In this document: one piece after another, positions 10,426 through 19,477 of the stretch
How the letters are laid out: every line of letters begins with the position of its first letter
Position numbering within the stretch: the first letter of the stretch is position 1
The notes under the pieces: model-generated
The model's input: only the letters and a program-made list of their open reading frames with translations
What the model was told of the DNA's origin: nothing
Database searches by the model: none
NCBI GenBank assembly: GCA_965222115.1
Contig: CBDCTJ010000007.1
Span: 864,001-928,000, forward strand
DNA from: Planctomycetota bacterium
GTDB taxonomy: Bacteria > Planctomycetota > PLA2 > JAEUHO01
Reading direction: 5' to 3'
Length of the DNA: 64,000 nt
Position numbers and translations under genes: made by a program

Positions 10426-10446
10426 AGAGTAACGACGCGACGTTCA

Positions 10447-11607
10447 CTAAAAGTCGTACTTAATCCCCGCCGTGAGGAACGTATCAAGTTCTTCGGCGTC
10501 GGTGGGGGGGTTGAAGGTGTATTCGAGGCGGAGGCCGAGGGTGAGGTTGAGGCCGTCGCACACGGGGCGGCTGTAGAGCAAGTCGAGCACGGTGAACGAA
10601 CGGTCGAAGTCGCCGAGGTTGGCGATGAAGTCGAAGTCGGCCGTGAACACGCTGTCGTCTACGAATTTGTACTCGTAGTCGAGACCGAGGAAGGCGCTGG
10701 GGTCAATCGTTGTGCTCTCGCCTTCGTACTTTTCGTAGATGGCGCCCAGGCCGACTTCGCCCTTAAACGTCGAACGCGAGGTTTCGATCAGTGTGCGACC
10801 GTAACCCACTGTGCCCGTGAAGCGATACTCAAGACCGGCAAGTTCATCGCGATCAAAGAGGATCTCGCCAAAGTAGTAGGCGCGACGACCGACCTTGGCT
10901 TCTGCGCGCGCTTTGCCGTGCCACTCTTCGGCGGTCGTGTCACCGCTGGCTTCAGCAACGTGAAAGTTGAGACCGAACTCGTAGTTCATGACCGGCCCCT
11001 CATAACGACTTTCGCCGTTAAGGAACAAATCAAACGTGTCTGTGTTACCCGACGACATACTGAGTGCTGCTGCCAAGCTGTGACTCCAGCCGCCAGCGCG
11101 CGGTTCCGGATCGGGCGCTCCGATGTCGTCATGCGCCACATCTTCGTCGCGTATTTGTGGCGTGATGTGATGGTTGCCAGTAAGGGGTGTATTGCGTTCC
11201 ATCACCACCGCGACGGGCGGTTGCGGAGCGGGACCCGGTGCCACGGCATAGGGCGTCGTTGGACCTGAAGGAAGAGGCACGGGCATCGTGAATCGGTGAA
11301 CACGTGCAATTTGATCTGGACCAAATGTCATCCGGCCGAGGAGCGGATGCGTGAATCCAATGGACCCCGGTGCGCTTCCCGGGGGAGGCGCGGTGAGCGT
11401 GCCTTTCAATCGGTCACCATTTCGAAGCTCTACCTCGTCGGCATGGGCCGCAGGTACAACTACGGTCATCAACGCCAAAACCCCAAGTAGCAGGGCTATG
11501 AAATGGTGCTGGCCGCGTCGAGACTCCGTACCGATCACGTGAAGGCCTCCAAGGTCCCTATTCGCCCTTTGTTCGGTTTGAAGCGCGGCTAACTGAACAA
11601 TACACAA
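10447..11607 (-). CDS. DUF481/YdiY-like outer-membrane beta-barrel protein (start uncertain)
   Basis: Signal peptide ending AHA, DEVELRNGDRLKG N-domain, SGNTD motif, amphipathic strands, C-terminal YDF. Confidence 0.75.
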   Translation of the reverse strand: MCIVQLAALQTEQRANRDLGGLHVIGTESRRGQHHFIALLLGVLALMTVVVPAAHADEVELRNGDRLKGTLTAPPPGSAPGSIGFTHPLLGRMTFGPDQIARVHRFTMPVPLPSGPTTPYAVAPGPAPQPPVAVVMERNTPLTGNHHITPQIRDEDVAHDDIGAPDPEPRAGGWSHSLAAALSMSSGNTDTFDLFLNGESRYEGPVMNYEFGLNFHVAEASGDTTAEEWHGKARAEAKVGRRAYYFGEILFDRDELAGLEYRFTGTVGYGRTLIETSRSTFKGEVGLGAIYEKYEGESTTIDPSAFLGLDYEYKFVDDSVFTADFDFIANLGDFDRSFTVLDLLYSRPVCDGLNLTLGLRLEYTFNPPTDAEELDTFLTAGIKYDF

Positions 11608-11723
11608 ACGTTTTGGGCGCTTCTCGGACAGTGAACAAGAGAGCGGGACGGCTACACAAGCTGCGCGGGGCTCCGGTCTCGGGCGGAGTTCAGCAGTGAG
11701 TGCCGGGTGCGATTTTGCGAGGT

Positions 11724-13400
11724 TCAGCGGAAGCGGCGGTGGGTGCCTTTGGGTTCGGGTCCGCCGTCGTCCCCGCGTTCTTCGGCCACCCGTTCGCGGT
11801 AGGAGGAGTAGTTGCCCTCGAAGAAGCGGCCTTTGCCGCCGTCCTCGAACGACAAGATGTGTGATGCGAGCCGGTCGAGGAAGAAACGGTCATGGGTGAC
11901 GATGACGGCCGAGCCAGGGAAGGTCATGAGCGCCTCTTCAAGCACGCGAATGGTGGTGAGGTCGAGGTCGTTGGTGGGTTCGTCTACGAGCAAAAGGTTG
12001 CCACCACGCTTGAGCATCTTGGCGAGCTGCACGCGGTTGCGTTGTCCACCCGAGAGATTGCCCACGAGTTGTTGCTGCTCGGGCCCCTTGAAATTGAATT
12101 TACTGACATACGCTCGTGAGTTGATGGTGATTTTGCCTAGTTTGATTTCATCGGCGCCCTCGGAGATTTCTTCCCACACGTTCTTGGCGGGATCGAGTCC
12201 CGCGCGGTCCTGATCGACGTAGCACGGTTCCACGGTGGGCCCCATGGTGACGGTGCCTTCATCGGGCTCGAGCTGGCCGGAAATGATCTTGAGTAGAGTT
12301 GTCTTTCCAGTGCCGTTGGGACCGATCACCCCAAGCACGGCGCCGCGCGGTAAGTCAAACGTGATGTCTTCAAGCACCGAGCGCCCGTCGAAGGCCTTGG
12401 ACACACCTTCTACCGTTAGCACCTTGGTGCCGAGCTTCTGACCAGGTGGAATGACGATTGCAAGGGGATCGCGGTTCTTTTCCAGTTCTTTTTGATGTTC
12501 GGCGAAGAGCTGTTCGTACTCCCGTACACGCGCCTTGCTCTTCGCCATGCGCCCCTTGGGATTGGCGCGTATCCACTCCACTTCGCGGTCGAGCCGGCGT
12601 TTGCGTGCGCGCGATTGCGCATTGGCCACCTTGACGAGCTTGGCGCGTTCCTCGAGGTAACTCGTGTAGTTCCCTTTGAATGGACGCCCCTTCCCGCTGT
12701 CCATTTCGAGCATCCACTGCGCAACGTTGTCGAGGAAGTAGCGGTCGTGGGTAATGGCGATGACGGTGCCGTCGTATTCATCTAGATGACGCTCAAGCCA
12801 ATGAACAGCGTCGGCATCAAGGTGGTTGGTCGGTTCGTCGAGCAAAAGAACGTCGGGATGTTGCAAGAACACTTTGCACAGTGCGACACGGCGTCGTTCG
12901 CCACCGGAAAGCGTGGATACATCCGATTCGCGCGGCGGACAACCAAGTGCATGGGCGGCCTGCTTCACGGCGTGGTCCACTTCCCACGCGTTCTTGACGT
13001 CGATCTCAGTTTGTACACGTTCAAACTCGGCCATGACGGCGGCCATATCGTCGTCAGATAGCGGCTCGGCCATCTTCTCACTAAGCGTGTTGTAGCGATC
13101 TAAGAGCTTGTGAATTTCGGCGACGGCTTCGTCCAAGTTGTCACCGACCGTACCTGGTGTGAGCTCCGGTTCCTGACTGATGTAACCGATGGAGAGGTTG
13201 TCGGGCACGATGCGCTCGCCATCGAACTCGGTCTCCGCGCCGGCGAGGACGCGTAGGAGTGTGGTCTTGCCGCTGCCATTGGCGCCGATGACGCCGATGC
13301 GTGCGCCGCGAAAGAACGACAAGCTGATATTGTCCAGCACCACGTGGCGGCCGTAGGCTTTGGAAACGCGGACGAGCGTGAAGGCGTAGTCGGTACTCAT
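11724..13400 (-). CDS. ettA: ABC-F translation throttle protein EttA
   Basis: Two ABC cassettes (GANGSGKT/LSGGE, GPNGTGKT/LSGGQ), NPKGRMAKSKAR linker, no TM segments. Confidence 0.92.
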   Translation of the reverse strand: MSTDYAFTLVRVSKAYGRHVVLDNISLSFFRGARIGVIGANGSGKTTLLRVLAGAETEFDGERIVPDNLSIGYISQEPELTPGTVGDNLDEAVAEIHKLLDRYNTLSEKMAEPLSDDDMAAVMAEFERVQTEIDVKNAWEVDHAVKQAAHALGCPPRESDVSTLSGGERRRVALCKVFLQHPDVLLLDEPTNHLDADAVHWLERHLDEYDGTVIAITHDRYFLDNVAQWMLEMDSGKGRPFKGNYTSYLEERAKLVKVANAQSRARKRRLDREVEWIRANPKGRMAKSKARVREYEQLFAEHQKELEKNRDPLAIVIPPGQKLGTKVLTVEGVSKAFDGRSVLEDITFDLPRGAVLGVIGPNGTGKTTLLKIISGQLEPDEGTVTMGPTVEPCYVDQDRAGLDPAKNVWEEISEGADEIKLGKITINSRAYVSKFNFKGPEQQQLVGNLSGGQRNRVQLAKMLKRGGNLLLVDEPTNDLDLTTIRVLEEALMTFPGSAVIVTHDRFFLDRLASHILSFEDGGKGRFFEGNYSSYRERVAEERGDDGGPEPKGTHRRFR

Positions 13401-13498
13401 GGCGATGTTGTACGGGGGTCGGGTCGCGCCGCCATTCTTCGCCCGAGGCGCTCGCCGTATGCCAGAATCGTCACGCAGTTGAGGTCATTCGTAGCCGC

Positions 13499-13693
13499 AT
13501 GAAATCGAGTTTCAAATCCCGAGCGATTGATGTACTGGCTGGCTTCGCGGCCTATGTCACGGCGCGTGCCATCTGGCACAGCAATTCCGGCGTCTTCAAG
13601 AACCTCATTCCCGAACTTCTCACCTTCGCGGTGGTCTATCTGTTGCTGCAAGCGCTCATTCGTGGCCGGCGGCTCGCCGCCAAGGGCAAGTAG
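13499..13693 (+). CDS. Small putative membrane protein
   Basis: 64 aa, two hydrophobic segments, basic C-terminus; fills an intergenic gap. Confidence 0.5.
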   Translation: MKSSFKSRAIDVLAGFAAYVTARAIWHSNSGVFKNLIPELLTFAVVYLLLQALIRGRRLAAKGK

Positions 13694-13788
13694 CGCGGCC
13701 AAAAGGGGGAGCGCCCGACCGCCCCTCCTTACACTCCGCATCCGCGCAACAGAGGTTGCGTGGTGATTCATTGGCCAGGAGACGCTGC

Positions 13789-14835
13789 ATGCGCGCGGTG
13801 GTGATTCACGAGCACGGCGGATACGACCAGTTGCGATTCGAGGATCGACCTGCACCAACGCCCGGCCCGGGACAGGTTCGTGTGAGTCTGCATACCGCGG
13901 GCCTCAATCATCTGGACACGTGGGTACGACGTGGAGTACCCGGTCACGTGTTCCCGTTGCCCATCATCCCCGGTTGCGATGGTGCCGGCGTCGTGGACGC
14001 CGTGGGCCCCGGCGTGGACGAATCACGCATTGGTGCCCGCGTGCTAATTGCGCCTGGCTTTGTACCCAGTGACGACGCATTGACTGTGAGTGGCAATGAC
14101 AACTTGTCTCCACACTATGGCATTTTCGGTGAGACCACCGACGGGACGTGCACCGAGCTGATTGCGGTGCCAGCGCGCAACGCCATTCCCATTGCGGATG
14201 ATCTCTCGTTTGCCGACGCGGCGGCATTTCCACTCGTATTTCTTACCGCGTGGAACATGGTGGTGCGCCGTGCTCGTGTAACGCCGGGCGATACGGTGCT
14301 TATCCACGCCGCCGGCAGTGGCGTGTCGTCGGCGGCCATTCAGATTGCCAAGCACGTAGGTGCAGCGCGCATACTTGCGACAACGTCTACCGAAGCAAAG
14401 GCCGATCGTGCCCGCGCACTGGGGGCGGATGATGTCATCGACTATTCCGACGCCTCGTGGTCCAAGCAGGTCAAAGCGCTTACGAGCGGTCGGGGCGTCG
14501 ACGTCGTGGTCGATCACGTGGGCGAAGCTACCTTTGGTAACTCGCTGAAGGTGCTCACACGCGGCGGGCGTTATGTATTTTGCGGCGCCACGACGGGCGG
14601 CGCAGTCAAGGCGCACCTAAACTTGATCTTTTTCAAGAACCTATCGATTCTCGGGAGCACGATGGGAAGTCTCGGAGATCTTCATCGCATTGTGCGCATG
14701 GTCGAGCGAGGCATCCTGAAGCCCATTGTCGATGACGTGCTCGCGCTCGACGAGGTGGGCAAGGCACACCGTCGTATTGAGGCGCGTGAGGTCTTTGGCA
14801 AGCTTGTCCTGTTGATACGCGGAGACGAAGCATGA
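13789..14835 (+). CDS. MDR-family (zinc-binding ADH/quinone oxidoreductase-like) dehydrogenase
   Basis: MRAVVIHEHGG start with AGGAGA RBS; GLNHLD, PGCDGAG, HAAGSGV, GSTMGS, FGKLVL motifs. Confidence 0.9.
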   Translation: MRAVVIHEHGGYDQLRFEDRPAPTPGPGQVRVSLHTAGLNHLDTWVRRGVPGHVFPLPIIPGCDGAGVVDAVGPGVDESRIGARVLIAPGFVPSDDALTVSGNDNLSPHYGIFGETTDGTCTELIAVPARNAIPIADDLSFADAAAFPLVFLTAWNMVVRRARVTPGDTVLIHAAGSGVSSAAIQIAKHVGAARILATTSTEAKADRARALGADDVIDYSDASWSKQVKALTSGRGVDVVVDHVGEATFGNSLKVLTRGGRYVFCGATTGGAVKAHLNLIFFKNLSILGSTMGSLGDLHRIVRMVERGILKPIVDDVLALDEVGKAHRRIEAREVFGKLVLLIRGDEA

Positions 14836-15632
14836 GCGCGCAGCCTACCTTTGAAACGCTCTTGCTGGCGATCGCCGCCGACGGCGTCGCCACGCTCACC
14901 TTGAACCGACCCGAGGTGCGCAACGCCATCAATCAGCAAATGGTGGACGATCTCCATGCGGCGCTCGCGTTCCTAGAGGCACACAAGGACGTGCGCGCAT
15001 TGATCCTCACGGCTGCGGGCGGTAAGGCATTCATGTCGGGTGCAGATATTGCTGAACTTCGCGAACGTCGACAGGCCGACGCGCTAAAGGGCATCAACAG
15101 CACGCTGTTTTCGCGCATGGAGCGTTTCCCGCATCCCACGGTGGCGGCGGTCATGGGGTGGTGTTTGGGTGGTGGGTGTGAACTCGCACTCACCTGTGAT
15201 TTCCGTGTGGCGGCGCCGGGTTCAAAGTTCGGGCAGCCGGAAGTGGGCTTAGGCATTATGGCCGCGGCGGGCGGTACGCGACGGCTGCCGGCATTGGTGG
15301 GACTCCGTCATGCGCGGCGTCTTTTGTTGGGCGGCGTGATCATTGATGTCGAAGAAGCGCTGGCGATTGGACTGGTGGATGGTATCGCAGCGAGCGTTGA
15401 CACACTCACCGACGAAGCACGCGCTTTGCTAGCGCCGATGCTGAAGCAGGCGCCCGAGGCCGTGAAACAAACCAAGGCAACCATGCTCGCTTGGCTTCAC
15501 GGCGAGTCGGAAGAACAGTTGATGAAACGCGACAATGAGACCCAAGCCGGTCTATTTGAACACCCGGACAAGTTTGCTCGCATGGACGCGTTCTTGGCTC
15601 GCAAGAAGCGTTCAAAGAAGGAGTCGTCATGA
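14832..15632 (+). CDS. Enoyl-CoA hydratase/isomerase
   Basis: LNRPEVRNA, FMSGADI, GGGCELALTCD, FGQPE motifs; ATGA coupling. Confidence 0.92.
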   Translation: MSAQPTFETLLLAIAADGVATLTLNRPEVRNAINQQMVDDLHAALAFLEAHKDVRALILTAAGGKAFMSGADIAELRERRQADALKGINSTLFSRMERFPHPTVAAVMGWCLGGGCELALTCDFRVAAPGSKFGQPEVGLGIMAAAGGTRRLPALVGLRHARRLLLGGVIIDVEEALAIGLVDGIAASVDTLTDEARALLAPMLKQAPEAVKQTKATMLAWLHGESEEQLMKRDNETQAGLFEHPDKFARMDAFLARKKRSKKESS

Positions 15633-16492
15633 GTTCAGTGAAACATGTGGTGGTGATCGGTGCGGGCACAATGGGGGCGGGCGTGGCGCACGTGTCGGCC
15701 GGTGCGGGCTACGAAACCGTGCTCTACGACATCGACGAGGCCGTTGCTGCTAAAGGTTTGGCGCGCGTGCAGAAGAATCTGGAAAAAGGAATCGCGCGCG
15801 GCAAGGTCACCGAAGATCAGCGTGATGCCACGTTGGCAAAGCTCTCAACGGCGTCGGGCGAGCTTGGCGCTGTTGTCGGCAACACCGACTTGGTGATTGA
15901 AGCGGTGCCCGAAAACTTGGACCTCAAGTGTTCCATCTTTCGGGCGTTGGGCGCATCCACACCCGCACACGCGATTCTGGCCACCAACACGTCTTCGTTG
16001 CCGGTCGCAGAGATTGCTAAGGCCAGCGGACGTGCGGGTCATGTCGTGGGCATGCACTTCTTCAACCCGGTGCACCTCATGAAGCTGCTCGAACTCGTCA
16101 AGACCGACATGTCGTCGCCCGAGGTCGTCAAAACGAGTACCGCTGTCGGCGAAGCCATGGGCAAAACTGTCGTCGTCGTCAACGACTCACCAGGCTTTGC
16201 TACGAGTCGCTTGGGCCTTGTGCTGGGCTTGGAAGCCATTCGCATGGTGGAAGAAGGCGTTGCGTCTGCCAAAGACATCGACACGGCCCTCGAACTCGGT
16301 TACCGCCATCCCATGGGCCCTTTAAAGTTGACCGATCTTGTAGGCTTGGATGTGCGCCTCGGTATCGCCAAGCATCTCGCCAAGGTCCTCGACGACCGTC
16401 GCTTCGATCCGCCTAAGTTGCTGCAAGACATGGTGGATGCGGGGCACCTCGGTAAGAAGTCGGGCAAGGGATTTTATGAGTGGGAGTCGTAG
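15629..16492 (+). CDS. 3-hydroxyacyl-CoA dehydrogenase
   Basis: GAGTMG, IEAVPE, TNTSSL, GMHFFNP, HPMGP, GKKSGKGFY motifs. Confidence 0.93.
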   Translation: MSSVKHVVVIGAGTMGAGVAHVSAGAGYETVLYDIDEAVAAKGLARVQKNLEKGIARGKVTEDQRDATLAKLSTASGELGAVVGNTDLVIEAVPENLDLKCSIFRALGASTPAHAILATNTSSLPVAEIAKASGRAGHVVGMHFFNPVHLMKLLELVKTDMSSPEVVKTSTAVGEAMGKTVVVVNDSPGFATSRLGLVLGLEAIRMVEEGVASAKDIDTALELGYRHPMGPLKLTDLVGLDVRLGIAKHLAKVLDDRRFDPPKLLQDMVDAGHLGKKSGKGFYEWES

Positions 16493-16604
16493 GGGGAACA
16501 AGCGCCGTTGACTGAGGCGCAAGCGTTGGGGAGGGCTGTTACGGACCGTTGGTACCTCTGGAAGCGGTGCGTTGTAGAAGAGGCTCACACGAAGAGCACG
16601 AAGA

Positions 16605-18623
16605 GTGCGACAGGCCAAGCCTGGACAAGGAGGAACTCATGACGTGACGAAACCTTGTGATGGAGCCCAACGGGTAACCAATCCCGTCCGGCCAAGCTGA
16701 CCGAGCAGCCGGAAGCAAACCTAGCGCGCTCTGTGGGTAACTGCGGGGTGTGAAGCACTAGGCAAGCGTGTGTGCGGGCTGTGTGATTGAGCCTCGAAAT
16801 TCTTATGACTGCGGTGGCCGACGATGTTCTTTGATCGGAAGGCACCATCGGAGACGAGCGTGTAGGTCTGCTCCCTCCGGCCCGCCGGGGTCTATGAGCA
16901 GGGCACGTACACAAAGGGGCTTCCCCAGGAACCTGTGAGATCCCATGCTGTCCTTCGAGAACTCGGCGCGGAAGGGCCGTAGACACTTCCAGCAATACGC
17001 AGCACGAGGCACACGCTTGTGTTGGGTGCGAAACAAGCGTGTGAAACGAAGGTACGGCGTCGCGAAGTCACCCGAGCGGCGCTGGACGCAGGTGGGAAGT
17101 CGGAGCGCTCCGTAGTACCGATGAACGGGGGGAACCTTTCACCAAGGGACCCTCGGGAGGGATGGGAGCGCCGCTATGTGTACTCCGTAGGAGGGAACCA
17201 TGACAGAGATCCCAAGCTTTGATCCCGTGTTACCGAAACTCCGACGGATCGCAATGCTTGCGAAGCAATCCCCGGAGATGGCGTTCACGTCGTTGAACTC
17301 CGCTCTGGACATGACGTTACTGCGTGAAGCGCATCGGCGAACGCGCAAAGGAGGCGCAACGGGCATAGATCGCCAGACGGCGCAGGATTACGCGAAGGAC
17401 CTGGAGAGCAATCTCCAGAGCCTGCTAAACCGTGCCAAGTCCGGCGACCGTTACCGCGCACCTCCTGTGCGACGTGTGCATATTCCCAAGGACAAGCCCG
17501 GGGAGACTCGGCCCCTGGGGATACCGACGTTTGAGGACAAGATCCTCCAACGCGCGGTGGCCATGATTCTGGAATCCATCTACGAACAGGACTTTGACTC
17601 CTGCTCGTACGGTTTCCGGCCTGGCCGCTCGGCACACGATCTGTTGGCTGCACTTCGTAACTCGATGATGAACATGAACGGCGGGTGGGTGCTTGAAGCC
17701 GATATCCGCAAGTTCTTCGACAGCGTCGATCACGCGCAGCTAATGGACGTGCTTCGCAAGCGGGTGCGAGATGGTGTGATTTTGCGATTGATTGGCAAGT
17801 GGCTAAATGCAGGTGTCATGGAGGATGGCCGCGTGAGCTATCCCAAAGGAACTGGTACGCCGCAAGGCGGAGTGATCTCCCCCGTGTTGGCCAACATCTT
17901 CCTCCATGAAGTGTTGGACACCTGGTGGAAAGAAGATGTCGCCCCTCGCATGAAGGGGGAGGCGCATCTCTTTCGTTACGCAGATGACTTCGTGATTGTA
18001 TTCGCTCGTGAAGCGGATGCACGGCGTGTGATGGACGTCGTTCCAAAGCGCTTCGACAAGTACGGCCTTGCCATCCACCCAGATAAGACTCGCTTGGTGC
18101 GATTCAAACGCCCGCGGCACTACGACTCCGATCATGATTCGGAAACGTTCGACCTGTTGGGCTTTACGCATCTATGGAGTCGATCCCGTAAGGGATACTG
18201 GGTGATTCGGCAGTTGACCGCACGAAGTCGGTATCGCCGCGGTCTGACGCGGATGTCCAAGTGGCTCCGCTCCGTCCGCCACCAACCTGTGCATTGGCAG
18301 CGTACAAAACTGGCACAAAAACTCCAGGGGCATTACGCCTACTACGGGGTGACTGGCAATACGCGTCGGCTGCACAACTTCCGGCGGGAAGCCATACGGC
18401 TTTGGAGGTACTGGCTGTGCCGCCGCTCTCAGCGCGCCAAGATGCCATGGGATCGTTTCAACCGACTCCTACAGCATCACCCCATTCCACCATCACGTGT
18501 CACGCGCTCGATCTATCGCGCCACCTAATCGGCGACCCACATAGCGAGGAGCCGGATGCGGTAATCCCGCACGTCCGGATCTGTAGGGGGGCTGGGGAGG
18601 GAAACCTCCCCGGCCTACCCGAC
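16605..18623 (+). mobile_element. Group II intron (IIB-like, probably bacterial class E)
   Basis: 5' GTGCG at 16605. Domain V GAGCCGGATGCGGTAATCCCGCACGTCCGGATCTG. Domain VI hairpin ending CCCGAC at 18623. EBS1-like TCTTTG (16828-16833) in a hairpin loop pairs with 5' exon CGAAGA. Removal restores a repeat copy. Class call is tentative. Confidence 0.92.
17200..18528 (+). CDS. ltrA: Group II intron reverse transcriptase/maturase (no endonuclease domain)
   Basis: RPLGIPTFED, SYGFRPGRS, DIRKFFD, GTPQGGVISP, RYADD, FDLLGF motifs; X domain (GHYAYY). Confidence 0.95.
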   Translation: MTEIPSFDPVLPKLRRIAMLAKQSPEMAFTSLNSALDMTLLREAHRRTRKGGATGIDRQTAQDYAKDLESNLQSLLNRAKSGDRYRAPPVRRVHIPKDKPGETRPLGIPTFEDKILQRAVAMILESIYEQDFDSCSYGFRPGRSAHDLLAALRNSMMNMNGGWVLEADIRKFFDSVDHAQLMDVLRKRVRDGVILRLIGKWLNAGVMEDGRVSYPKGTGTPQGGVISPVLANIFLHEVLDTWWKEDVAPRMKGEAHLFRYADDFVIVFAREADARRVMDVVPKRFDKYGLAIHPDKTRLVRFKRPRHYDSDHDSETFDLLGFTHLWSRSRKGYWVIRQLTARSRYRRGLTRMSKWLRSVRHQPVHWQRTKLAQKLQGHYAYYGVTGNTRRLHNFRREAIRLWRYWLCRRSQRAKMPWDRFNRLLQHHPIPPSRVTRSIYRAT

Positions 18624-18744
18624 AACGAAGCGCAAGCGTTTACGGACGATGTCTCGGGCCATGGAGGCCATTGGAAGCCGGGCGTTGCACTTGGGGAACT
18701 TCGAAAGTTCGAGGAGTGGAGGAAGCCGATGGGGCTGTAGGTGT

Positions 18745-19209
18745 TTAGCTCGACTCGGGATCCGCGCTCCATGAGGCGTCTGTACCAGGAGAAACTGAAA
18801 AATTGGCGATTCGCTCGCACCCTTCCTTAAAGGACGCCGAGCCGAAGTTTACCAGCAGGCCCACGGGCAACTTCAAGAGTCTCAGGTACGTCAGTACCTG
18901 TTTGGAATGAACTTTGAGAAGTGCCTCACACGACTTGATTTCGACAACGACACATCGTTCTACGAGTAGATCAACTCGTAGGCCTTGGTTGAACGTCATT
19001 CCGTCGTAGGTAAAAGGCGTGCTTACTTGTTCCGCAACCAGGATGCCACGTTTCCTTAGTGAGCCTGCAAGTATCGCCTGGTAAACGGATTCCAGTAGGC
19101 CCGGTCCCAAGTCTCGGTGGATGTGATACGCGCAATCCACCACGTTTGAAATGATCTGCTCCAGCCTAGAACGTGACAGCGGGACAACGCCGACCTCTGA
19201 ATCTGACAT
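18745..19209 (-). CDS. GxxExxY family protein (PD-(D/E)XK-like nuclease)
   Basis: LGPGLLESVY, RVDLLVE..VVVEIKS, QVLTYL, GLLVNF motifs; AGGAGG RBS 8 nt before ATG at 19209. Confidence 0.92.
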   Translation of the reverse strand: MSDSEVGVVPLSRSRLEQIISNVVDCAYHIHRDLGPGLLESVYQAILAGSLRKRGILVAEQVSTPFTYDGMTFNQGLRVDLLVERCVVVEIKSCEALLKVHSKQVLTYLRLLKLPVGLLVNFGSASFKEGCERIANFSVSPGTDASWSADPESS

Positions 19210-19477
19210 CCGCACATCCTCCTATTGCATAGGATTCATCCATGATCAGGCGCCGCGTTCGTGAACGCATGCGCTCCGCGTATCTGTGTCCTTTACGTGA
19301 GTGTATTCTTCCATCTCTCCACTGTCAGGTGCGTCCACTGTCCGTAACGGCGCACATCAACGCTTGCGCTTCGTTTCTTAGCGCTCTTTGTGTGAGCAAT
19401 TTGAAACCGTCCCGCCTTCGGCGGTCTCCACGGCCCGAAACCGCGTCCTCCATCGCTTGCGCTTCCTGACGCCCTTC

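Larger units (their letters stand above)
16495..19470. repeat. REP-like inverted repeat family around the GxxExxY gene (core GAAGCGCAAGCG)
   Basis: + copies at ~16495-16550 and 16583-16604 joined to 18624-18640 (split by the intron). - copies at ~19266-19301 (degenerate), 19330-19397 and 19454-19465. The rejoined split copy matches the reverse complement of 19359-19397 at 36/39 nt. Confidence 0.8.

Noticed and set aside
16567-16571. Alternative intron 5' end GTGCG at 16567
   Set aside because: Only 16605 restores the flanking repeat and gives EBS1-IBS1 pairing.
17200-18528. RT as a CRISPR-associated RT, retron or DGR
   Set aside because: It has a maturase domain and complete intron DV/DVI RNA, lies ~8 kb from the array, and no TR/VR pair or msr-msd was seen.
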